Of a DNA stretch of 42,219 nucleotides, positions 30,371 through 40,957 are shown one piece after another. The DNA comes from Candidatus Margulisbacteria bacterium GWF2_35_9 (lineage in GTDB: Bacteria > Margulisbacteria > Riflemargulisbacteria > GWF2-35-9): contig MFRH01000090.1 of assembly GCA_001783275.1 (NCBI GenBank), forward strand, positions 1 through 42,219, read 5' to 3'. The position numbers were made by a program, and so were the translations under genes. A model generated the notes under the pieces. It had not been told where the DNA came from. It saw only the letters and a program-made list of their open reading frames with translations, and ran no database searches. Each line of letters opens with the position of its first letter. Within the stretch, counting starts at the first letter, position 1.

Positions 30371-31522
30371 TTATTGTTGGACTATCGGCAGAATTTCTCC
30401 AAGGAAATAAATAGAGCCGGTTATGAGAAGGCTTTCGTTTTTCTTTATTAACTCCTGAATCAAGTTTTCTTTATCTGAGTTCGCAACTAATACAATGTCT
30501 TTATTTATACCCTTGCAAATTTCCTGATACCGACTCATTTTTACTGCTCGGATATGAGTAAATTCGCATATATACATTCTGGTACAAATCTCTGCTAATT
30601 CCTTGATAATATCGGGGAGTTCGTTTCGCTCGGTTGCGGCATATACCAAATTATAAATCTTTATCTTGTTTTTAACGACATACTGAATCAATGTTTGAAT
30701 CCCTTCATAATTATGAGCAGCATCGAGCATTATAAGGGGCTCTTTTCTGACAATCTGAAGCCGTCCTTTAACACGAGTATTCAGAGCAACTTCACCCAGT
30801 TTTTCTTTAGGGAAGAGAAATGATACTACTTTTTCAGCTAACTTCTGATTATTCTCAAGATAGTTCCAGCTCTTTGTTTCCACACACATAACCGGTGCGT
30901 TTTTGGATTTTGCGACAGACTCAATCACTTTGTGTACTTCAAGACTTTGATTAAACATAATGAGTGGGACTTCCGATTTAATAATACCCGCTTTTTCTCT
31001 CGCAATATCCGTTATTTTATCTCCTAAAAAAGTAGCATGATCCATTGATATTGTGGTGATAACCGATACCAACGGAAGGACAACATTGGTTGCGTCCAAT
31101 CGGCCGCCTAATCCGGTTTCGAGGACGAGATAATCCACTTTCTCAGTTGAAAAATATAAAAATGCAATGCACGTCAGTATTTCAAACTCTGTTAGTTCAA
31201 TTTCCGGCAGAGATTCTTTTACAATTATAAAATATTTTTCAAGCTCCTTTATGCTGATAACTTGACCATTTATTGAATATCGTTCCGTGTAAGATATCAA
31301 ATGGGGCGATGTATAAACGCCAACCTTAAACCCTTTTTTTTCTAAAAGCTGGGCAATAAAATCAGTGGTTGTCCCTTTACCATTGGTTCCGGCCACGTGA
31401 ATAACTTTAATGCCTCGGTGGGGATTTCCAAGAATTTCTAAGGCCTTTTCCATATGCTCTAGAGAATAGAAGATACCTCTGTTTGTTGAGATTTCAGATA
31501 GTTCTGTTTCGAGATTCAACAC
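30371..31522 (-). CDS. folC: Folylpolyglutamate/dihydrofolate synthase
   Basis: HVAGTNGKG, TSPHL, ETGLGGRLDATN, DAAHN. Confidence 0.97.
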   Translation of the reverse strand: MLNLETELSEISTNRGIFYSLEHMEKALEILGNPHRGIKVIHVAGTNGKGTTTDFIAQLLEKKGFKVGVYTSPHLISYTERYSINGQVISIKELEKYFIIVKESLPEIELTEFEILTCIAFLYFSTEKVDYLVLETGLGGRLDATNVVLPLVSVITTISMDHATFLGDKITDIAREKAGIIKSEVPLIMFNQSLEVHKVIESVAKSKNAPVMCVETKSWNYLENNQKLAEKVVSFLFPKEKLGEVALNTRVKGRLQIVRKEPLIMLDAAHNYEGIQTLIQYVVKNKIKIYNLVYAATERNELPDIIKELAEICTRMYICEFTHIRAVKMSRYQEICKGINKDIVLVANSDKENLIQELIKKNESLLITGSIYFLGEILPIVQQ

Positions 31523-31530
31523 AAGAGTGC

Positions 31531-34125
31531 TTATAAATTCTGCAGCTTTTCAGACACGGCTTTTAGTTGAAATTTTTTCTCTTCGAGGAGAGCAGTCTCT
31601 TTTTCTACTACTGCTGCCGGAGCATTTTTGACAAAACCTTCGTTGCCTAGTTTTTTAGAAAGAATGTCCACATCTTTCACTAACTTATTTTTTTCCTGAT
31701 CGAGTCTTGTTTTCTCTGCATCTAGATCGATTAAACCTGCGAGTGGCAAGAATACTTCCACGTCACCTACAACTGCAAAGGCATACTTAACGGTAGGTGT
31801 TATTTCTGAAAATTCAACATCATTGGCTCTGGCAAGAAACTTGAAATATGGCACATATTCTTGTAATCCTGCATTTTTGCCCTTAATGACAATCAGTCCT
31901 TTTTTTGAAACTGGCACATTTATTTCGGCTCGTGTATTTCGAACTGCTTTTACAATATTTTGAAATAATTTTACGGGTGTATTATCAAACTTAACATCCG
32001 CAACAACCGGCCACTTACTTAGCATAATTGATGGGTATGACTGTTCGTCTTTCGGACATAATGGGTGGGTTTTAACTAGCTGCCATATTTCCTCCGTAAT
32101 AAACGGGATTATGGGGTGTAGTATTTTCAGTATTGCGTTCAATACATAAATCATCGTTGCTTGAGACTCTGCTTTATGAAGTTTCGACATTTCGATATAC
32201 CAATCACAGAACTCACCCCAAACAAACTCATAAATTTTATCGATCATATAGTTATAATCATAATTTTTATAGTAATTCTCAGTCTCTTCAACCACTCTGC
32301 ATAGTTCTCCAAGTATCCATTTATCTGCGATTGTTTGTCCTAATCGGGTATCTGTTTCAGTCTCCTGCATTAGAATATATCTGGACACATTCCACAGTTT
32401 ATTTAAAAAGTTTCGACTGGATACCAGTTTTTCGTCCATTAGTTTAATGTCTTGTCCGCCAGAGGTTACAAGCGATGCAACCGTATAGCGAAGAACATCT
32501 GCACCTTTGTCTTCTATAATCATTAATGGATCTACCACATTACCTAAAGACTTGCTCATTTTTCGTCCCTTGGAATCTCTGACTAATCCATGGATATATA
32601 CATGTGAAAATGGAATCTGTTTCATGTTATATAGTCCCATCGTGATCATTCTTGAGACCCAAAACGTTATAATATCATAACCGGTGATTAGTATTTCTGT
32701 CGGATAAAATGTCTGTAAATCTTGTGTGTTTTCCGGCCAGCCTAAGGTTGAAAACGGCCACAAAGCAGAAGAGAACCATGTGTCTAGAACATCTTCATCC
32801 TGATGAATTTTTGTGCTGCCGCATTTCGAACATTTTGTCACGTCTTCCTTCGACACGATCTCTGCGTTGCAATCGTCACAATACCAAACCGGAATTCGAT
32901 GTCCCCACCAGATTTGTCTGGAAATACACCAAGGTCTAATATTCTTCATCCAATCAAAATATAGCTTTTCCCAACGACTTGGGATAAATTTTATCTCGCC
33001 CGTTTCAACAACCTTGATTGGAGCGTCTGCTAATTTCTCCATATTGATAAACCACTGTTTGGATAAATATGGTTCAATTACTGTGTTACAACGGTAACAA
33101 TGACCCACTGCATGTTCATGCGGCGTCGTCTTGGTCAAAAAATGTTGACTTTCTAAATCCTCGATTACTTGCTTACGGCATACGTAGCGATCCATACCTT
33201 GATACTTTTTGGGGACAAGATCATTCATTTTTGCTTCACCATCCATGATAATGACAGACTCTAAATTATGTCGTTGGCCTATTGCATAGTCATTGGGATC
33301 ATGCGCTGGAGTTACCTTCACCGCTCCGGTTCCAAAACTCATATCAACGTGGTCATCAGCAATAATGGGGATTTCTTTATTCATCAATGGAAGCAACACT
33401 TTTTTGCCGATCCACTTTGTATATCGTTTGTCTTTTTGATTCACAGCAACAGCAGTATCTCCAAACATGGTCTCTGGTCTTGTGGTGGCAACTTCTATAA
33501 ACTCTTTACCAGTTCCGCCAACTAATGGATATTTTATTGTCCACAAATGACCTTCTTTTGTTTCATGTTCTACCTCAATGTCAGAAATAGCGGTATGACA
33601 TCTTGGACACCAATTAACAATATAGACGTCTCGATAGATTAACCCATCGTTATATAATCGATAGAAGTTTTCTTTTACGGCACTACTGCATCCTTCATCC
33701 ATTGTGAAACGCTCTCGACTCCAGTCGACTGACGCACCCAATTTTCGAAGCTGTCCAGTAATTGTGTTGCCATACTTTTCTTTCCATTCCCATACTTTCT
33801 CTAGAAAACTTTCACGGCCCAGTTCTTCTCTGCTAATGCCTTCTTTAGCCAATTGTTTTTCAACAACATTTTGAGTCGCAATACCTGCATGATCCGTCCC
33901 TGGAACCCATAGCACTTTTCGTCCCTGCATACGGTAAAATCTGGCCACGATATCCTGCAAGGTATTATTGAGAGCATGGCCCATGTGAAGTGCGCCTGTT
34001 ACATTCGGAGGAGGAATAACCATCGATAACGGATCGCCGTTACCATAAGGTTTGAAATAACCTTTGCTCTCCCACTCTTTATACCATTTATCTTCTACTT
34101 CTAGGTGATTATATGCTTTTTCCAA
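31531..34125 (-). CDS. valS: Valyl-tRNA synthetase
   Basis: PPPNVTGALHMGH, KMSKS, C-terminal coiled coil. Confidence 0.98.
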   Translation of the reverse strand: MEKAYNHLEVEDKWYKEWESKGYFKPYGNGDPLSMVIPPPNVTGALHMGHALNNTLQDIVARFYRMQGRKVLWVPGTDHAGIATQNVVEKQLAKEGISREELGRESFLEKVWEWKEKYGNTITGQLRKLGASVDWSRERFTMDEGCSSAVKENFYRLYNDGLIYRDVYIVNWCPRCHTAISDIEVEHETKEGHLWTIKYPLVGGTGKEFIEVATTRPETMFGDTAVAVNQKDKRYTKWIGKKVLLPLMNKEIPIIADDHVDMSFGTGAVKVTPAHDPNDYAIGQRHNLESVIIMDGEAKMNDLVPKKYQGMDRYVCRKQVIEDLESQHFLTKTTPHEHAVGHCYRCNTVIEPYLSKQWFINMEKLADAPIKVVETGEIKFIPSRWEKLYFDWMKNIRPWCISRQIWWGHRIPVWYCDDCNAEIVSKEDVTKCSKCGSTKIHQDEDVLDTWFSSALWPFSTLGWPENTQDLQTFYPTEILITGYDIITFWVSRMITMGLYNMKQIPFSHVYIHGLVRDSKGRKMSKSLGNVVDPLMIIEDKGADVLRYTVASLVTSGGQDIKLMDEKLVSSRNFLNKLWNVSRYILMQETETDTRLGQTIADKWILGELCRVVEETENYYKNYDYNYMIDKIYEFVWGEFCDWYIEMSKLHKAESQATMIYVLNAILKILHPIIPFITEEIWQLVKTHPLCPKDEQSYPSIMLSKWPVVADVKFDNTPVKLFQNIVKAVRNTRAEINVPVSKKGLIVIKGKNAGLQEYVPYFKFLARANDVEFSEITPTVKYAFAVVGDVEVFLPLAGLIDLDAEKTRLDQEKNKLVKDVDILSKKLGNEGFVKNAPAAVVEKETALLEEKKFQLKAVSEKLQNL

Positions 34126-34144
34126 CCGGATTCCCCATTCTACA

Positions 34145-34771
34145 TTATTCGCTAATATAGAAGCTTTTCATTATGGATTTTATTCCATCTTTATACTTAA
34201 ACCACTTCTCTTTATTTGCAACAGCCGTAACAATAAAAACTTCCGTTTCATTTTTTATATATAAATTTTCAGCAACATAGATCTCAGTAATTCTTAAATT
34301 CTTATCCATCGTACTCTGACTGTACAAAGCCTGGATACTTTCATCTGTCGCAATCAGGAAATTATCTTTTTCATCTAAGACTTTTTTTCCTAGTAAATGC
34401 CAACGATCCCATTTTGAACCGGATCTTCTTAAATACATGCCATTAGCAGTAACCGGTTCCCTAGAGATATAGGCTATCAATCCTACATAAACTTCATCAC
34501 TCTCTCCTTGGGGCCTAAATAACACCTTATAACTAGCGGATGTCGTATCCATATTCCATGAAACAGGAGCCTCTATAACACAACGAAGTTTTGGATGCAT
34601 GTACCGTTGTTTTACAGGATTTTGACTTTCGGGAAAATGAATTATCTCTTCTGCTGAATTGATTTCGTCATTCATAAGGTCTATATCATTCGGATTATTG
34701 ATACTCACTTCTGCCAGAATAAAAGTACTGATAACCAAGCCCAAACATAATATGAATTTTATGGTTTTCAT
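34145..34771 (-). CDS. Exported hypothetical protein (possible PsbP/DcrB-like fold)
   Basis: Signal peptide; P..W motif; C-terminal IMKSF. Confidence 0.65.
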   Translation of the reverse strand: MKTIKFILCLGLVISTFILAEVSINNPNDIDLMNDEINSAEEIIHFPESQNPVKQRYMHPKLRCVIEAPVSWNMDTTSASYKVLFRPQGESDEVYVGLIAYISREPVTANGMYLRRSGSKWDRWHLLGKKVLDEKDNFLIATDESIQALYSQSTMDKNLRITEIYVAENLYIKNETEVFIVTAVANKEKWFKYKDGIKSIMKSFYISE

Positions 34772-34858
34772 TGTGATACGTATTTTACCCCTATCCTACT
34801 CGTCCGTAAAGCATATCTACTCTATCTTTTTCTGCTAACCAAATAATAATCCATATAT

Positions 34859-35995
34859 TTAGATGTGCCTCTTTATTGCCTGAGCAAGAGATTCTAAATG
34901 CGTCTGTTGATGACCGGCTGATAAGGATATTCTTAACATTGCCTTCTTTTTTGGGACGGTTGGATACCTAATTGCTGGAACAAAAAACCCGTCTTCCCAC
35001 AGTTTTTGACTCATTAGCTGAACTTTTTCATTATCCCCGATAACGATGGGAATAATAGGAGATAACTCAATATTATAATGACTATTCATCGTATTAGAGA
35101 AATAGACTATATTTTTCCATAATTTAGTCTGATTTTGTTTAGTACTAAACAATTCCAATGCTTTTAATCCAGAGAAAACATGAACAAGTGGCAAGGCTGT
35201 ATTATATATATATGGCTTTGCTTTATTAACTAAATATTCAATTATTTGACAATCAGCCGCGACAAAACCACCGTAAGATTGCAATGCTTTTGATAGCGTA
35301 CCCGTTACTATTAATTTTTTATAATCTACGACTTCTTTCCGATTAACTAAACCAGAACCATTTTCTCCATATACTCCGGTTGCATGAGCATCATCAACAA
35401 TCATATAGGCATTAAAGCGTTCTGCTATCTCTCTAATTTTTCTTAAATTTGCTTTGTCTCCATCCATGGAAAACAGGGAATCGGTAACAATATATACGTC
35501 TTCATATTCACTTCGATGTGCCTGAAGCATTTTTATTAAGTATTCATAATTCAGATGTGGAAACACTCGGTAATTTATATGACGGTACTTAGTCGCTTCC
35601 ATTATAGAAGCGTGGCTTAATTTATCAATAATAATAAGATCTTTTTCTGTACATAAGGTTGTTATTGTCGCCAAATTTGCTGTAAACCCGCTTGAAAACA
35701 ATAGAGCTGATTCCCGACCTTTCATTCTCGCCAGTTTTTCTTCCAATTCCTTGTGCCACTTAGTATAACCCGATATTAAGGGTGATGCTTGCTGAACAAT
35801 CCCATTTGTTAAAAGATTGCCAAGAACCTCTTCATTTATACTTTCACCCAACGCCAGATAATTATTTGAGGCAAAATTAATTAACTCTCTGTCATTTATG
35901 TTAATCATTGGAAAGTATTTTGTATCCTCAACTATTTTACGACTGCGATACAAGTGCTGTATTTTGAGCTCCGTCAACTCTTTACCTAGATTCAT
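34859..35995 (-). CDS. bioF: 8-amino-7-oxononanoate synthase
   Basis: FASNNYL, HASI, FSMDGD, DDAHA, TLSKA, IRYPTVP. Confidence 0.93.
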   Translation of the reverse strand: MNLGKELTELKIQHLYRSRKIVEDTKYFPMININDRELINFASNNYLALGESINEEVLGNLLTNGIVQQASPLISGYTKWHKELEEKLARMKGRESALLFSSGFTANLATITTLCTEKDLIIIDKLSHASIMEATKYRHINYRVFPHLNYEYLIKMLQAHRSEYEDVYIVTDSLFSMDGDKANLRKIREIAERFNAYMIVDDAHATGVYGENGSGLVNRKEVVDYKKLIVTGTLSKALQSYGGFVAADCQIIEYLVNKAKPYIYNTALPLVHVFSGLKALELFSTKQNQTKLWKNIVYFSNTMNSHYNIELSPIIPIVIGDNEKVQLMSQKLWEDGFFVPAIRYPTVPKKKAMLRISLSAGHQQTHLESLAQAIKRHI

Positions 35996-36054
35996 CTGTG
36001 CTATATTTCTCCTTTATTTTGCAACATCGTTACTTTGTATTATACTATAGCCAT

Positions 36055-36570
36055 ATGAAAAAAATATTAGTAATTCTTTTTACAAGCATCCTGTCTTTTA
36101 GCCAGCCCAATTATCTGTCTCCTGTGTTCTCCAATGTGTTCTCTTTTCCTAACAGCCAATGGGAATTTTCAATGGATAAATTAAAGTATGGAGTTGAAAT
36201 AGCCGGTTTTCTAAAAGGTACGACATGGATAGAATCACCCGTTATTATTTATAGCGAGCTTATTAATACTAATTACTATTTCGATCTTTTTAATACGATT
36301 ACTATTTCAAAGAAGACATCTCAGTTTAAAGACCTTTCTTATATGACACGAGATATTGAACTTCCAACGGATGTCCCCTACACTCTTAATTTTTGGGTGC
36401 TACCAAAAATCGTTTACGAGTACGTAGCCTATTTTAGTATTGATAAAAACCATATTGTTTCCATTGTCATCAGCAGTAAAGAAAAAAAATATATTGAAAA
36501 ATTTTATAACGACTACAAAATGATTCTGATAAACTTCTCGAAAACGATAAGTAGTTTACAAGAAGGTTGA
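36055..36570 (+). CDS. Exported hypothetical protein (start revised to MKKILV)
   Basis: Signal-peptide-like N-terminus. Confidence 0.6.
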   Translation: MKKILVILFTSILSFSQPNYLSPVFSNVFSFPNSQWEFSMDKLKYGVEIAGFLKGTTWIESPVIIYSELINTNYYFDLFNTITISKKTSQFKDLSYMTRDIELPTDVPYTLNFWVLPKIVYEYVAYFSIDKNHIVSIVISSKEKKYIEKFYNDYKMILINFSKTISSLQEG

Positions 36571-36918
36571 TCCAATAAGCCGGGTTCTGTTATAAAGCAG
36601 TCATTTCTCTAGGCAGTCTGTTGCCAGCCTGCTCAAGCACTCTACCCGCCATTTATGACGGAGCGGACCACACCGTACTTCCTTGCGAAAGTTCACAGCC
36701 TATTTGAGTTTGCACCGCATAGAGTTTAGCCGTTTCAACCGGACTTAACCGGCTCGTCTCTGTTCCACTAGTCCTCACCTCACGATGGGCGGGCGTTACC
36801 CGCTATGCTGTCCTATGGTGCCCGGACTTTCCTCTCCCTCAACATGCTCGGGACAAGTTAAAAACTAATATCTTTAGCTTGTGCAGAGCAAGTCAAAGCA
36901 GCGACTGCTGGATCAACC
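36565..36918 (-). ncRNA. rnpB: RNase P RNA (type A-like)
   Basis: GAGGAAAGTCCGGG, ACAGAACCCGGCTTA, P1 helix GGTTGATCCA/TGGATCAACC. Confidence 0.96.
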
Positions 36919-36949
36919 TCGATTGGTATTATACTGCAATTAAAGCGAA

Positions 36950-38077
36950 TTACAATAAGCCGATTAGTTCTTCCATGCTATCGCCTCCAAATTTTTCTAA
37001 TAAGGCATTCGCCAGTTCAATGGCAACAACATGCTCACACACAACACTGCAAGCCGGTACTGCACAGACATCAGCACGTTCATAAAAAGTATTCGTTATT
37101 TCATCTGTTGCTAAATTAACCGATGCTAGTGGCTTTTTCATTGTTGGGATTGGCTTCATTGCAGCGGTTACAATAATAGGCTCACCATTGCTCATGCCAC
37201 CTTCAATACCACCGGCATTGTTGCTGTCTCTCACGATATAATTATCTTCCAATAAAAATGGGTCATGAACTTTGTCTCCAGTTTTATTTGCCACCTCAAA
37301 TCCCATTCCAATGGCAACACCCTTAATCGCTTGAATAGACATTACTGCTTTTGCAATATTTGCATCCAATTTACGATCCCACTGCACGTAACTTCCTAAC
37401 CCAATGGGCATTACACTTGTTACAACTCTCACCTCACCACCAAGAGCCAAGCCATCTGCCTTAGCTTTATCGATTGCATTTATCATCTTTTTTTCAATAG
37501 TTGAATCAACTGTCATCACCTGGCTCTTCTTTTTACGCTTATTAATCTCCAGAATATCCTGAAGGTCTTCTACTATCTTAACTCCTCCAATATTTGTTAC
37601 GTAACTGGTAATACCTACTCCGATTTCTTCCAAAATCTTTTTAGCAAATGATCCCACCACAACACGCATAGCCGTCTCTCTCGCACTTGAACGTTCTAGC
37701 ACATTTCGAATATCTTCAAAGCCATATTTCATGACCCCTGCGTAATCAGCATGACCGGGACGAGGAATCGTCATATTCTCATAATCATCTGGGACTTCAG
37801 CCATCGGTTCCATAATCTTTGTCCAGTTTTCAAAATCTTTATTGCGAATAAGAATAGTAATGGGACTTGCGATTGTCTTTCCAAAGCGAATACCAGATAG
37901 AATCTCTATTTCATCCGTTTCTATTTGTTGTCTTCCGCCACGGCCATATCCTTGCTTACGTCTCTTTAACTCTGTTTCAATATATTCTGTTGAAATCTCT
38001 AGTCCGGCTGGAACCCCTTCAATAATTACGGTTAATGCTTTTCCATGAGACTCACCTGCTGTGAGGTATCTGATCAT
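36950..38077 (-). CDS. aroC: Chorismate synthase
   Basis: TAGESHG, PRPGHAD, RSSARET, GGIEGGMSNG. Confidence 0.98.
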   Translation of the reverse strand: MIRYLTAGESHGKALTVIIEGVPAGLEISTEYIETELKRRKQGYGRGGRQQIETDEIEILSGIRFGKTIASPITILIRNKDFENWTKIMEPMAEVPDDYENMTIPRPGHADYAGVMKYGFEDIRNVLERSSARETAMRVVVGSFAKKILEEIGVGITSYVTNIGGVKIVEDLQDILEINKRKKKSQVMTVDSTIEKKMINAIDKAKADGLALGGEVRVVTSVMPIGLGSYVQWDRKLDANIAKAVMSIQAIKGVAIGMGFEVANKTGDKVHDPFLLEDNYIVRDSNNAGGIEGGMSNGEPIIVTAAMKPIPTMKKPLASVNLATDEITNTFYERADVCAVPACSVVCEHVVAIELANALLEKFGGDSMEELIGLL

Positions 38078-38332
38078 ATTCTTCTCCTATTGCTTGATTA
38101 ATATAGAGTATTATAGGCTCTTTTTACCAAATAATTCAATCCTGATGCGTTTTGTTAATACCCCTCTGCTATTCTTTTCGTGTAGCGCCAATTTTTTCAT
38201 AAGAGGTTGTTGTGTTGAAATTTGGTTTCAGTATAATAAAGATGCTGATCCAATTTTGTTATAATATTTACTATCCTTATTGAGAGGGAATCAGCTATCT
38301 GATATTATATTTTTAGGTTTGAATTTTGTTTT

Positions 38333-38407
38333 GGCCCCATCGTCTAGTGGTTAGGACGCTAGCCTCTCACGTTGGCAACACGGGTTCGACTCCCGTTGGG
38401 GCTACCA
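38333..38407 (+). tRNA. tRNA-Glu(CTC)
   Basis: GGCCCCATCGTCTAGTGGTTAGGAC...CT CTC AC...GGTTCGACTCC...CCA. Confidence 0.96.
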
Positions 38408-38492
38408 GCTCGACAAGCTCGATGTAAACGACAATCTTATTTCGACAGCTTCAATACGTTTAGATTTAAAGAATCGATGTAAACAAATCTAG

Positions 38493-40805
38493 TTAGTTTT
38501 TACCGTTGGGGACTAAGGGTGCATTTGCATAGAGTTGCCAAATACCGCAAGGGCAAACGCCATCACAGATGCCACAACCGATACATTTAGTTTCATCTAC
38601 TACATACTCAAACGAGTTATCTTCTTTTTGTATTCTTGAAATCGCTTTTTCTGGACAAGAGTCCTTACAAATACGACAATCACGGCAAGTCCCACAGCTG
38701 ATACATCGATTTACATCGGCATCTCTACCGATAATTTTTTCATCGTGTACACTATCAAAGTATTCAACCACTAATTTATTTTTATCTATAATCTGTTTCG
38801 CACATGGGGCATATTCTCTACCCATAAACTTCGCATCTAACATCATGGCCAATTCTCTTCCATGACCAATTGCATCTGCCAATAAACCCAGATTTGTAAT
38901 ATCTCCGATTGTATAAACATTATCAACTAGATGGAAATCATCTCCGACATTTATGTAACCTTTTGTTTCAACATATTTGTCGCTGATGTAGCTTAAATTC
39001 GGCACTTCACCAATTGCAAGAATAACGGTATCCGCTTCAATGAGTTCTCCAGTCGATAAAACAACTCCTTTGTCGGTAATTTCTTTTGTAAACACTGGCC
39101 ACTTAATTTTTGCACCCATGCTTTCTGCATGTTCAATTTCTTTGTGAAATGCACTTGGCTTTTGTACATCAATGGCGGTTACTTCTGTTGCTCCGCATCG
39201 ATAGGCTCCAAACACCACATCCATACCGGTATTACCTGCACCAATAACGACCACTTTTTTACCAATTTTCGGTTTCTTGCCGGTATTAACGTCTGCAAGA
39301 AAATCCAAGGCATATTTAAGTCTTTCTTTGCCAGACCACGGGGGAACTTTTGGCGTATATGCTCCTGTTGCAAGGACCACTGCGGCATACTCTTTTTTTA
39401 ATTTTTTATATAATTTTTCATCCACTTCTGTTTCAAGTTGATAGTTAATTCCTATCTTTTTAAAATTACTTAAATCATTTTCTAATGAGTCTGCGGTTAA
39501 TCGATCTCTCGATACGGCATAAACCAGTTTACCGCCAATTTGCTTATCACGTTCATATACTGTCACATCATAACCCATTCGCTTTAAGTGCCATGCAGTC
39601 GTTAATCCACCCACTCCAGCACCAACAACAGCAATTTTTTGTTCCTTTGTGACGTTTGTCTCGGTTGCTTTTGTCTGAGATACGGAACCTAAGCCTTTAA
39701 TATCGACAGCTTTATCAAGAGCCTTTCTTGAACAGTCCTCCATACACATGTTCGGACACACCTGTCCGCATACAGTTCGTGGGAAAGGACTATAATAATA
39801 AATTAAATCTAACGCTTCCTTGTATCGGCCTTCTCTTAACAGGTTATACCGTTTCTGACTCGGGATTGATACCGGACAATGATACTCACATGGAGCACAG
39901 GACTTAATATTCTCCCATTTTGGATAACGAATTCGATTATCTCCGGTACTCACAAGGCCAATCACTTGACCTTGATCCGGAAATACATCTGAAAAAATAC
40001 CTTCTTCTACCCAATTTTCATTCCTAAATTTATTAATACTCGTTTTTTCAGAAGAATGGGTTTGTTCATAGGACTTAGGCACTATTTTTTGCCATTCATT
40101 CCATTTTGTTAACTCTTTTTCAATATTTGGTTTATCTATCGCTTTTAAAAATGGCTTCATTCCATTTAATAGGAACTCTTTATCCTCTTTCTCTAACGGA
40201 TACATGCCGACATCTGCTGTATATAAGCCCTTCACTTTTCCTCTCACATAAACAGTTCCACCAACCATTCCGACGCACGCACGATCACCCATTACAGAAT
40301 CAAGATCTTCACAGCCATAACCACAAACAATCCCAATACCGCCACCCATAAACTCAAACGAGAAACTTCCTGTACTTTTTAGTATCCAAAATTCTGGAGA
40401 TTCAAACTTTGGGTCTCGTTTCATGAGCGAACCGGATCTGGTACCAACACGTCCACCAATGTAGATTTTGCCTGCTGCTGCACAATGAGCAGTGGTGTCT
40501 CCGCCATCACCTTTTACAATTATTGTTCCGCCAGCATTTAACCAACCCACATCTGCCGGAGCGGAACCATTTACAATAATGGTTGTATTTTCCATACACA
40601 TAGAACCAACACGCTGGCCTGGGTCTGTAATCGTAAATGTTAACGGTTTTCCATTGCTTGTCCATAATGGACCACCAATATCATGTTGACCACAGGCAGT
40701 AATATCAAACTCTGTTTCGCCTTCTGCCATTGCAGCATAAATCTGCTGAAGCAATTCTTGGCTTGATAATCGATTATGACCTTTTATAGATTCAATTTTT
40801 AACAT
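38493..40805 (-). CDS. Fusion of glutamate synthase GXGXG domain, GltD-like FAD/NAD(P) oxidoreductase and ferredoxin
   Basis: EFMGGG...ACVGMVGG, PCEYHCP, CGQVCP..C, two GAGxxG motifs, two CxxCxxC...CP. Confidence 0.88.
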   Translation of the reverse strand: MLKIESIKGHNRLSSQELLQQIYAAMAEGETEFDITACGQHDIGGPLWTSNGKPLTFTITDPGQRVGSMCMENTTIIVNGSAPADVGWLNAGGTIIVKGDGGDTTAHCAAAGKIYIGGRVGTRSGSLMKRDPKFESPEFWILKSTGSFSFEFMGGGIGIVCGYGCEDLDSVMGDRACVGMVGGTVYVRGKVKGLYTADVGMYPLEKEDKEFLLNGMKPFLKAIDKPNIEKELTKWNEWQKIVPKSYEQTHSSEKTSINKFRNENWVEEGIFSDVFPDQGQVIGLVSTGDNRIRYPKWENIKSCAPCEYHCPVSIPSQKRYNLLREGRYKEALDLIYYYSPFPRTVCGQVCPNMCMEDCSRKALDKAVDIKGLGSVSQTKATETNVTKEQKIAVVGAGVGGLTTAWHLKRMGYDVTVYERDKQIGGKLVYAVSRDRLTADSLENDLSNFKKIGINYQLETEVDEKLYKKLKKEYAAVVLATGAYTPKVPPWSGKERLKYALDFLADVNTGKKPKIGKKVVVIGAGNTGMDVVFGAYRCGATEVTAIDVQKPSAFHKEIEHAESMGAKIKWPVFTKEITDKGVVLSTGELIEADTVILAIGEVPNLSYISDKYVETKGYINVGDDFHLVDNVYTIGDITNLGLLADAIGHGRELAMMLDAKFMGREYAPCAKQIIDKNKLVVEYFDSVHDEKIIGRDADVNRCISCGTCRDCRICKDSCPEKAISRIQKEDNSFEYVVDETKCIGCGICDGVCPCGIWQLYANAPLVPNGKN

Positions 40806-40809
40806 AACG

Positions 40810-40957
40810 CCCCTCTGCCCTACTGGGCATCTCCCCTTGGCAAGGGGAGAAAAATCTTATTTTTTTACTATTTTTTATTAATACTTGCTTCACTTACAAA
40901 CTCCTTTATTTTACTCCCCTTTTCAAGGGGAGGTGTCCGCCAAAGCGGACGGAGGGG
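40810..40957. repeat. Inverted pair of REP-like elements (40810-40849 and 40914-40957)
   Basis: CCCCTCTGCCC..GGGCATCTCCCC..GGGGAG and CTCCCC..GGGGAGGTGTCCGC..GCGGACGGAGGGG. Confidence 0.8.

Noticed and set aside
38408-38492. Island integrated at tRNA-Glu
   Set aside because: No duplicated tRNA 3' end or integrase; only short degenerate repeats (TCGATGTAAAC twice) before housekeeping genes
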